Shown piece by piece: positions 47,346-57,431 of a stretch of 64,000 nucleotides of DNA. Numbering within the stretch: the first letter of the stretch is position 1; each line of letters begins with the position of its first letter. Below the pieces are notes generated by a model. The model saw only the letters and a program-made list of their open reading frames with translations. It ran no database searches and was not told where the DNA came from. The stretch covers positions 372,001 through 436,000 of the forward strand of contig CBFDEM010000030.1 of NCBI GenBank assembly GCA_965603825.1. Direction: 5' to 3'. Both the position numbers and the translations under genes were made by a program. Source of the DNA: Blepharisma stoltei ATCC 30299 (taxonomy: Eukaryota > Protista > Ciliophora).

Positions 47346-48665
47346 ATGTTTCTTCTACTTATCTTGTTATGCTTATTCTCAGGAGCCAGAGCATCATTTT
47401 CCAAACCAGAACAAATTCATATTTCGTGGACAGAAAATGAGCATGAGGTGAAAATCACATGGTCTATATTCGTAGAGGTTGAATGCAGGCTATGATATCG
47501 TCCAACACTGTGCAACGCAAGCGCAGATTTAGATTTTAAGAACGTATCAAGCCACCACATAAAATTTAATGAAGGAAATTCCGTTAATCGCTTTGCTTTT
47601 ATTCACACAGCAGTCTTAACTAATCTTCGAGATGACTGCTTTTATGAGTATTACATCCAAAATGATATTTCTACAAGTAGTACTTATATATTCGGAGGAA
47701 AAACACCTGAATCATCAGATAACTACAGCAACTCGAATGATCCAGTAAAATTAATTATTTTCGGCGACTTAGGGACAGGCGAATATGGGAACTTGACTTA
47801 CCAGTATTTAGAAGCTGAGGCAATTTCTAGAAATTTTTCAGCTGTTTTTCATATGGGAGATATAGCTTATAATTTAGAAAGCAATGATGGTATCGTAGGC
47901 GATGACTTTTTAAATATGATACAAAGCACAGCAGCAATTATCCCATATATGACTTTGCCTGGAAACCATGAAAATGCTCATAAAATGTTGCATTATCGTA
48001 CTAGATTTAATATGCCAAAAAATAATTATGCTCCTGAAGGCCTTTTTTATTCCTTAAACATTGGGCCAGCCCACTTTGTTTTTTTAAACTCAGAGATCTA
48101 TTTCGGTTATCAGCATGATCTTGAAAATAGTCAAAAACTTTGACTTATAAATGACTTAACAGACGCAAATACACATCGTAATGAAAGGCCATGAATAATA
48201 GTTATGACTCATCATCCTCTGTATTGCTCTTATGATTTCGCTAGACACAGCATAGAGAGAAATTATATTTGTGGAGCTGAAGCAAGAATTTTGAGAGATA
48301 AACTTGAAGATATTTTTTATGAGCAGGGAGTTGACATGTTTCTCGCTGGACATTTACATACCTATGAAAGAATGGGTCCAATATATAAAAACAGCACAGT
48401 TAAAAGTGAACTTGATGACTTGAATTTGCATTTAAATCCACAGGCAACTGTTTACATTCTTGACGGGAATGGAGGAAGTGTTATAGGGCACAACGCAGAG
48501 ATAAGTACAACCCCTCATTTATGGAATTATTACAATTCTAATGACTTTGGGTATGGAAGAATGACTGTTTTCAATAATACTCATTTGTATTTTGAGCAAT
48601 TTAGCGCTGCAAAAGAAAAAGTTACAGATCATATTTGGCTGGTAAAGACCAGAAATAGATTTTAA
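47346..48665 (+). CDS. Purple acid phosphatase (ACP7-like), copy 3
   Basis: Close paralog of copy 2; TGA at 47493, 48141 and 48192. Confidence 0.93.
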
Positions 48666-48768
48666 TAAGATTAAAAATTATATTTATTTTATTGCTTAAA
48701 TTTTCATATTTTATATGAAGTTGATTTTTTTTATTATTTTCTTTTTAGAATACAAAAAGCTTTAAGAA

Positions 48769-49263
48769 TTATTTATTAGTGGAAAGTCTTGATGAGTTTC
48801 TGACTTGAAACAAGGCTTTATTTAAGTTTAATCTTTCTTTTGAGAGAAAACTTCGATCACAAAAAGATTTAAGATGCTTATCAATATTTGTTTTTTCTTC
48901 CAAAACAGTCGATATTGATTGATTTTTCCATGAAATTAAATTTGGTGGGGGAACCATAACAAGTTTTTTAGAAATCAGGCTGCTTCCAGACTGCACAACT
49001 TTCTGCTTTGTATTAGCATTTAAATTAATATGTGTATGTGGAAGCATCCCAGGAGCATAAATAATCGGAGTTTGTATTATGCTGCTTAGTGAATGAGATT
49101 TATGATGAATGTTTGTTTCACTTGATATGTTGATTGATACTGACTTTTTACTCCGGCTATGAGATGAAGAAGGCTGGTTTTCTTTATCGTTATTATATGT
49201 TGGCCTAATAGCAGATTTCAATGCCTTTGAATTACTCCCAGGAATAGATTTTCCTAATTCCAT
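48769..49263 (-). CDS. Hypothetical Ser/Lys-rich protein
   Basis: 164-aa ATG-TAA ORF flanked by AT-rich spacers. Contains a KEN motif; no domain recognised. Confidence 0.6.
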   Translation of the reverse strand: MELGKSIPGSNSKALKSAIRPTYNNDKENQPSSSHSRSKKSVSINISSETNIHHKSHSLSSIIQTPIIYAPGMLPHTHINLNANTKQKVVQSGSSLISKKLVMVPPPNLISWKNQSISTVLEEKTNIDKHLKSFCDRSFLSKERLNLNKALFQVRNSSRLSTNK

Positions 49264-49354
49264 ATTTTCAAATTCTTTAAGAATTGCAAGAATGACATTT
49301 TTTGAATAATTTTAAAATGCCCAATTAAAATAACTTGTAATTAAAATAAGAAAT

Positions 49355-49933
49355 TTATATATCTATGATTTTGCTTTCATCTTCAGAAGACTCTATAATA
49401 ATTCTTTCCCCAACTATAACTTTTTGAAATATCTCTTTATTAAAAATATTTCCTTTTGGAGATAATAAAAATGTATCTTTTTGTTTTGTAAATAATAGTC
49501 AAGCTCTAATATAACTCATAGCCTCTTTATAGTTGGGATCTAATTCAGGATTAATAATATCGCCAATATTTATAATCAGCTGCCTTTTGAAATAAAAATT
49601 CCCTATTGTTGAGACTTCAATCTGATTTCCATTATCAAGAAGACTTATTTCTTTGATTGTGAATTGGTTAGACATCCACCTACAAATAACTTGATATAAA
49701 CACGTAAAAACACCAGTCCAGTCAAATAATAAGTGAATTCAGCCCATACTTGAATGGTAAAGATAAAGGCTCCTCCCAAGATATGCTCCAAAAGCTCCAA
49801 AGCCAGCAAGTTTTAAATAATTTTTTTTAGGGTCGTCAGTGCTGCTATAGAGCATCATCCTGCTGTTTTTAAAAACTAGCCTACTAGTTGGCTTATACGC
49901 AAATCCTCTGGCTGTGAATCTTATAATAAGCAT
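49355..49933 (-). CDS. Putative mitochondrial membrane protein (TMEM70/186/223-like layout)
   Basis: Arg-rich presequence, two hydrophobic segments, then IKEISLLDNGNQIEV. Two TGA codons; TAA at 49355. Confidence 0.62.
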
Positions 49934-49956
49934 CAATCACTAAATTATATGAATTT

Positions 49957-51417
49957 ATGGAATTTAGTATTGAGAAAATGAATAAATTGCTCAAGAAGAG
50001 AGTCCCAGAAAATTATGGAAAAAACTCGTCATTTAGTGAATGGGTAGGCCTGGCAACACAGAATATCTCATTTCACAAAGATAAATACACAGAAGAAAAT
50101 TTAAGCGAAAAGAGGAAATCTCTGGAGACAATTAAAGTAAAAGTCAGGAACTGTAAAACACAGATAAAGAAACATTTAAAGCTGCAGAAATTTTTTTATA
50201 AGGTCGAAAAAGCAGAAACTATGCAAGCCTTCAAAGAAATCGCAGCAGCTATTCGAATTCAGGCTACATTCAGAGGGTATTCAGTTAGAAAATGGATTTC
50301 TAAGGTAAATTTTATTCAGGTAGCTGATGAAAAAATTGAAAATAATTTGAAAACTGCTTTAAATGATCTAAAAATCTTCAGTGAAGATTGCTTTTTACAT
50401 CTAGGAAACAGAGCAGAAGAAGTAACGTTTAGTTAGGCCGCAATAACGATCCAAAAATTCACAAGAGGACTGCACGAAAGAAACAAATGAAGAAAAGTCA
50501 TCTCAGAGTACAGAAAATCCAAAGCAGCGTTTATATCAGCCGTAATCAAAGTTCAAGCCCTAATTCGAAGATGCAGGGCTGAAGAAATTATCCAAAATTT
50601 AAAAGAAGAAAAAATAATTGAAGACAAATTGCATGAAATAAAAATAAAAATTGCTGTAAGAAGAATTGCGAAATTCTGGAAAATGCTGAAATCAAAGAAA
50701 AAAAAGAAAGAAATGATAATTAAAGGAATGAAAAAAGGGAGCATCCTTATGAATATTTTGAAACCTGGACAAGAGTTTTCCTGCATGGGGAAAAGCCATA
50801 AACTCAAAGACACACAAGAAAGCTTAAAAAGAAGGGGGAGTCTTATGACTGATGCTTCTGAGAGTCAATATGCTAATAATTTTGGCTTTCCAAATCCGAT
50901 TTTGGTGAAAAGCCTTATTTGGAAATACAAAAATGATGGAATTTCGAGACCTACAGAATCTTCAATAGAAAGAGAAAGATGCATACATATAAGGCGCCAC
51001 ATTCCTCATCTATCAAATTCTGCAAATTTAAATGCATCTCGAAGGAAATCTGTTGAAAGACCAAGAGAAACTCCTCAATTAGAACGCTCAGGAACTTATA
51101 TGTGCCAAACTGAGTCTTCTTATAACAGATGCAATTCAAATGGGACACCTCCAGTGCCGTTATTTTTTAAATTTAAAACGCAAAAATCGATGAGGCTTTC
51201 TTGGAATTTTACCAAAAGAACGGTGTCTTCTCAGCAGCATTCTTTAAAAAGAACAAAATGTAAGGAATTATGCAATGAAACAGTAGATTATAGTTTATGC
51301 AATCGTCGGCATAAGTGCTCGTCTATATTGCAGAGACCAAGAACGGCTTCTCCGAATTTATCAATGAACACAACAATTTATATTAGTTATCCTCCAACAC
51401 CGTCTCCGCTATCTTAA
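49957..51417 (+). CDS. IQ-motif (calmodulin-binding) protein
   Basis: AAIRIQATFRG, AAITIQKFTRG and VIKVQALIR. Intron 50422-50436, probable intron 50305-50319, TGA 50488. Confidence 0.8.
50305..50319 (+). other. Probable 15-nt intron (stop-free)
   Basis: gtaaattttattcag fits the consensus; retention adds VNFIQ. Confidence 0.65.
50422..50436 (+). other. 15-nt spliceosomal intron
   Basis: gtaacgtttagttag, with an in-frame TAG. Removal completes the second IQ motif. Confidence 0.87.
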
Positions 51418-51621
51418 TTTTTGTAATTTAACTTAACTCCGTAAAATCGTTACTATGAAAAGATCGAAATTACTTTAAATGAAATAAATTATAACTCTTG
51501 CTGGCTAAATTATAAAACAAGACAATCACAGTCGGGCGAGGACGTTGGCAGTGCCAATCAGCCGAAATTAAAAAATATTAGAGATTTACCAAATAAAACC
51601 ATTCTTAAGGAAAGTCATTAT

Positions 51622-52683
51622 TTAGAATGATGGTGAAGGATACCAATAATCAGAGTTATAAATGCTCTTGATGCACTGATCGTTTCCAAGTGACCTTGTA
51701 AAGAACTCAACTTGTCTTGCAGCGTTTATAACATTGTTCAATATTGCTCCTTGCATATATGGACAGCTTGCTTGTCCAACATCTAAATAGTGGCATTTAG
51801 TGATATTAGGGGTCAAAGTATATGCAACGACTGCTTTGAAGTACTGCTGATAAAGATCATCACCTGGGAATAGAGGACAGTAAGCACTTCCATTGCTGTT
51901 GAATCCACACTCGCATGCAGCTGCATACTGGCCATCAGCAGAAATACAGTAAGTGCCTGGGGTGCATTTAGCTGGCTGAGGAAGGTTTGGACTCTTAGGT
52001 GCCTTTGCACAAATTGCCTTGTTCAAGTTGTTTTTAACATAGGTGTAAAAGCCAGTTGAGCATAAGGATGCAGCTGATGTGGCGTCTACAATAGCCCCAA
52101 CACCCATTGAAAAAGCCTTTTGGCAGGTGCCGAAATTGCAAGCCAAGTTATTTTGGCAGTTGTTCATTGTCAAATAGCTACCACATTGCTGTCCAAGGGA
52201 TTTCTGAGGTTGGCATGTAGAATTTGATGGGATGTTGTAGCAGGCAAGGCCAACGTTACAATCTGGCTGATCATCACACTTGGCACCGGCATCGCCAGCC
52301 ATGCAGATTCCATTCACACATTTAGGCCAGTGGCCACCACAATCACTTGGAACATTGCAGGTATCGCCTGGATTTCCTCCTGGGAGATTAGGGACAAATG
52401 GTAGGCAATAAGAGCTCGATTTTGAATATAAGGCCCAAGGACAATACTGGCCAGATGGGCATACTTGAAGGTTGTAGGTGTTAGAAACCGAGTTATATGA
52501 AATGCACTGATTGGCTTGCAATGGAGTTGTGGAACATTGGTAATTTGCACAAGAATAGCTGGTGCCGCTAAGATTATCAATATCTTCAGTTGGGATAAAA
52601 CGCGAAATATACTGATTGTGATGGTCTATCAGCGGGTTTGCGAATATTAGGGGAAGAACTGCTAAAGTAATCAGGACTTTCAT
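51622..52683 (-). CDS. Secreted cysteine-rich repeat protein
   Basis: Signal peptide MKVLITLAVLPLIFA; repeated G..C.....C..GL.C-type units; no TGA codons. Confidence 0.85.
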   Translation of the reverse strand: MKVLITLAVLPLIFANPLIDHHNQYISRFIPTEDIDNLSGTSYSCANYQCSTTPLQANQCISYNSVSNTYNLQVCPSGQYCPWALYSKSSSYCLPFVPNLPGGNPGDTCNVPSDCGGHWPKCVNGICMAGDAGAKCDDQPDCNVGLACYNIPSNSTCQPQKSLGQQCGSYLTMNNCQNNLACNFGTCQKAFSMGVGAIVDATSAASLCSTGFYTYVKNNLNKAICAKAPKSPNLPQPAKCTPGTYCISADGQYAAACECGFNSNGSAYCPLFPGDDLYQQYFKAVVAYTLTPNITKCHYLDVGQASCPYMQGAILNNVINAARQVEFFTRSLGNDQCIKSIYNSDYWYPSPSF

Positions 52684-52932
52684 TTTTTCACCGAATAGAA
52701 AATGGCTGAGTAGAATTTATGTGAATTTAATTTTTGAGATAGAAGACTTTTAAAGTGCTAAATGCTTCAATATATATAAATCTCTTAGGTTTTATTTCAC
52801 AATTCAAATTAATTATAAGCTATGTAGGGAGGCTTACAAAATATTTTACTTAATTATTTAATTATGAGATTTCTTTCACAGAGAATTATTGTAGCTGGGA
52901 ACTCTTAATTTACAAAAAATAATTATATTGAA

Positions 52933-54549
52933 ATGAACAATGAAAGACACATTAGGGCAATTTCATGGCAATCTAGCGAAAATGAATTCACCATGAGCTT
53001 GATTAAAAAAATATTCCCAGCTCCAAAGTGAGGCCAAGTGCTTATAAAGGTCGAAATTGCTCCCATTCATCATATGGATTTTGAAGTCTTAAAATACTGC
53101 TCCACCAAATCAGTTATCCCAGGCTGTGAAGGTGCCGGAAGAGTAATAAGCACTGGCAGCGGTATAAATTGGACCAGCATGCAAAACAAAAGGGTCAGCT
53201 TTATTCAATTTGACAGCACCTTACCAGGATCATGGTCTGAATATGTTCTGTGCAGTTCAAAAAGCTGCGCTATTTTAAATGAAGATATTGACTATATAAA
53301 AGGAAGTGTTCTTATGAGAAATCCTCTAACTGTTTTGATGATAAATGAGCATATAAATAATCAAAAATTAAAAGCAATCATACATATAGTCGATTCTTCA
53401 AATTTAGGAAAAATGATTGTGAAATGGTGCAATTTTTCTAGCATAGACTGCATTAACATAGTAAAAAAGAAAAATGATGAAAATTTGCTTGTTGATATAG
53501 GACAAACTAATATTTTGTGCTTTGAAGATCTCGATTTTAACATAAAATTTCAAGAAATGGTTGAAAAAATCCACCCTGCTTGAATAATTGACAGATTTGG
53601 AGAAAATGATGCTTTAAAAGTACTTGAAAATATTGAACACAAATGTGAGTTGGTTGTTTATGAAGGAAATACCTCGAGTTATCACTGTACCGCAGTCCCA
53701 AATTCTCATTCCCAAATCACTTATTTAAACCTCAAGCAATGATTTCAAAAATTATCATCATATAAACGACGTAAATATTTCCAACAAATCCAAAAGCTAA
53801 GCTTCGTTTTTTCAAATGACATTTCAGGGATTTTCCCAGCTCATCTATATAAAGATGCTATTTCTGTCGCCAAAGAGCCTGAAAATGATGGCAGAGTTCT
53901 TTTGCATATTGGAGAAGACATCAAAGAAGACATAATTGAGATATTTGAAGCCCCAGAAGAAAATTCATCGTTTATAAGTGAAGAAGATTTTGCATATACA
54001 GAATCAGACGAGGTAGAAAGAATTATAGAACAATTTGAGAAAAGCAAAGGGTATTTAATTGAAAAAAGCTTACCAAAATTCGAATGGGGAGAGTGAACAA
54101 CCACTGAGAGCGATACGACGGAAGTTAACTTAAAATTTATGCCAGATAATTCAGTTTATAGTGGAGAATGGGCTAGAAATCATTGTCATGGAAAGGGGGA
54201 AAGATTTTATCATGATGGATCTTATTATCAAGGATATTGAAATAATGGCAATACGCATGGAATGGGAAGACTTATAAGACCTGACGGAGAATATTATGAA
54301 GGGCAGTGAAAAGACTCTATGAGGTATGGAGAAGGAAAATTGTGTACAGTGGATAATATCATATTTCAAGGAGAATTCTATGAAAATAATATAGTTAGAG
54401 GAAAAGAAATAAGAAGTGATGGAAAATGTTATGAAGGAGATTTTGATGATTGAAAGTGGCATGGGCACGGGAAGTTGGTAATGCCAAATGGGGAAACTTT
54501 TGAAGGTATATTTGAAAAAGGCGTATACATGGATTTCAAAACAGCATAA
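52933..54549 (+). CDS. Medium-chain dehydrogenase/reductase-like domain fused to MORN repeats
   Basis: One frame with 7 TGA codons. QVLIKV..API...D, PGCEGAGRV, GSWSEY, NPLTV and GRVLL, then Y.G.W....HG.G repeats. TAA at 54547. Confidence 0.85.
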
Positions 54550-54608
54550 TGCAGGTGAAATTTCATTAATCAAGTATTTTAATTCATATAATCATAAATG
54601 ACCTTATT

Positions 54609-55598
54609 TTATAAGATAAAATATGTTTGCTCAAATGGATAATGTGTGAAATACAAATCATAGCTCCTAGCTGAATTTTTTAAAAATTCAAAATCAGTAT
54701 CAAATTTATTTGAATTTTTTTTTGCTTCAGAAGCAAAAATCCTTACAAAGTAATGCCCTAATTGTATTGCTCTGATATCGTGATTGATTTCAGGGAAATA
54801 ATACTCACTATTTATTATTTACTATGGCGGTTTTTCAGGATGTACCATCATGGCATAGAATGGGTACTTTTTACCTTCAGCAATTGCTATATTAATTTTT
54901 CCAGCTCTATCCTTTGATATTGCGAGTGGGTCAAAAAAGTCTGTAAGTCTAGGATTATTCAAATATTTTTCATAGCTCACACCAAATGCATGATTTTCAA
55001 ATGCAATAGGCTCATAGCTCAAATCATAGAGCAAGGCTGGGTTAGCGCCTCGAAGAAACCTTGAAGTTGGTGCTTTCTCTGTAAAATACATAATAGAGCG
55101 ATACATTTCAGAGTCAAATCTTTCCAAAACGTTTTCTCCTGCAGCTGCAACAAACATAGCTTCAAATCCTAAACAAGTCCCGAAAACTGGGTAATAAACT
55201 CCTTTATCATTCATTTCTATAGCTTTATTGACTACATATAAAGCTTTATTCGCGTACTCAGTGAACTGATATTTTCCTTTTTTACGCTTTACAAGATTAG
55301 CCCTTCCTCCAAGCAGCATAATAGCTATATAGCGAATACCATTCACCCTGCTCATGAGATAATCAATTTCTTCATAAGGGATATCATATTTGATGACTAT
55401 AGTTCTGAATCCGCCTGATTCTAGATGTTTTACATATGATGCCGCAATGTAAGATGTATAGTTTTTAGTTGTATTATACCCAAAATCATCCCATTCCATA
55501 GTAAAAATTCCAACTATAGGGAAATCGCTTTCCACAGCTGATGCCTGAGTTAATATCAGCAGTTTCAAGATTAGAGGTAAAAATAAAAGACTCAACAT
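54609..55598 (-). CDS. GGH: Gamma-glutamyl hydrolase (peptidase C26)
   Basis: Signal peptide, SYIAASYVK, GTCLGFE, HPEKPPYE; introns 54808-54822 and 55325-55339. Confidence 0.92.
54808..54822 (-). other. 15-nt spliceosomal intron
   Basis: gtaaataataaatag. Removal gives HPEKPPYE. Confidence 0.88.
55325..55339 (-). other. 15-nt intron, stop-free
   Basis: gtattcgctatatag. Removal converts VNGIRYIAIMLLGG to VNAIMLLGG, restoring the family spacing (INGxLxPGG). Confidence 0.8.
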
Positions 55599-55685
55599 AT
55601 CCTTTTAAATATGAAAGTAATTGAATAATGAAATTGTAGTGTGTATAAATGATATTGCTTATTATCATCAGTGAATTTCTAAATA

Positions 55686-56453
55686 ATGTCTATTATATCG
55701 AAAACCTATCGTTTAGTCCTTGTCCGTCATGGAGAATCAGTATGAAACCTTGAAAATCGATTCACAGGCTGGACTGATGTGCCTCTTACCCCAAAAGGAG
55801 TCGAAGAAGCTAAACAAGGTGGAAAAATTTTAAAAGAAAACAACTTCAAATTTGACCTTGTTCACACTTCTCTATTAAAGAGAGCAATCCAAACCATGAA
55901 CTTTATTTTGAATGAAATAGACCAAGAGTATATCCCAATTAATAAAACCTGGAGACTGAATGAAAGACATTATGGAGGACTTCAAGGATTAAACAAAGCA
56001 GAAACAGCTGCTAAGCATGGTGAAGAAAAAGTCTTGATTTGGAGACGCTCGTATGATATCCCACCTCCAGAACTCCAAGTCGATGATGAAAGATTCCCTG
56101 GAAATGACCCCAGATATGCATTTCTGCCAAAAGATGTTTTACCGAAGACTGAATCACTTAAAGAGTGCATCGCAAGAGTGCTCCCTTATTGGTATGATCA
56201 TATTGGACCTGATATCATTAATGATAAGCAAGTACTTGTAGTAGCTCATGGGAACTCTTTGAGAAGCTTAGTAAAGCATCTTGACCAGATTAGTGATACT
56301 GAAATAGTAAAACTGAATATTCCAACAGGTGTTCCACTTGTGTATGAGCTGAATGAGAACTTGAAGCCAATGAGACATTATTATCTTGCAGATGAAAATG
56401 AACTGAAGAAAAAAATTGAAGCTGTTAGTAATCAAGGGAAAAAAGCGAAATAA
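55686..56453 (+). CDS. PGAM: 2,3-BPG-dependent phosphoglycerate mutase
   Basis: RHGESV(W=TGA 55743)NLENRFTGWTDV, LNERHYG, AHGNSLR. Confidence 0.96.
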
Positions 56454-56504
56454 ATAAATTATTTAAAGGTTGATTATATATGTGTATGGTAACAACTTTC
56501 TAAA

Positions 56505-57245
56505 TTAAACCTTTTCAAAATAGTTGTTTATGCAGACTGAAATGCTTCCTGGTTCATGAGTCTGGTGTGGTTCAGGGGTCACAGCTAGACTCGTTTCATT
56601 CTCTTTTCGTCTTGAATATATTTTCGAGCTCCAATAAAGAAATGTGTGCAGTGTTGCTGCAAAAGGAAACATTAGTAAGCACCCTAATGCAGCTTTCGTC
56701 CCATCTTCTCCACAAACACTTGAAGATGCATTTATAGAGTCCCAGTCCATTTCTTCACAATTCTCAGAAAAAAATAATACATTTAGCCCAGACCATACCC
56801 AGAATCCTGCTAAGTGCAAAATAAAAGCCATTCAAAACGAGAACACTGAGAATCCCACACATCTGATATTACGAAAAATATCAAGAATAAGGATAGCCAA
56901 AGAAATTGTTACAAATAGGATTGACCCACATTCAAGTATGCCATATGTAACCCCACTAATTCATAAATTCTTAAATACTAAGCATTCATCCTGAGAAAGA
57001 CTGTTTGAGGTTGTGTTTCGTTCACATTTGTCCAATATATCAAAATAACTATCAGTTTTTGCATATTTGGCAGAGTCTGAATTTGGGTAGAAAAGTCCAC
57101 CATGTCAATTATTGGAGTTTTTTGACTGGTAAAACCAGTTAGCAGAAAACAAGGATATAATTTCAATTGACTTTATAGATAAAAGAAAGATGATGATTAT
57201 AACTCTCCAATATCTTGTTGCCATAAGGCATGATCTTGAAGTCAT
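56505..57245 (-). CDS. Claudin-like four-TM membrane protein
   Basis: ATG 57245; three TGA codons. TM1 is followed by W...(W)HGGLF...C...C, then three more hydrophobic segments. Confidence 0.68.
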
Positions 57246-57431
57246 TTTTAATTTTTTTTTGTCAATTCCTAATATAATTTTTAAATTAAGCTTTATATAG
57301 TTGTTTCAGTTTAAGCAGTGAATTATTAAAATTGAGATACTTTGTTAAATTGAAGGTTTTATTGAACATTTTTAAATTAATCACTATTTTGTCATATTTT
57401 TAGAATGCATATATAAATGTTATAATTAATC

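Noticed and set aside
51528-51568. HDV-like or hammerhead ribozyme (TCCTCGC on the minus strand, GAAA on the plus strand)
   Set aside because: No P3/P1 pairing around TCCTCGC and no CUGANGA core.
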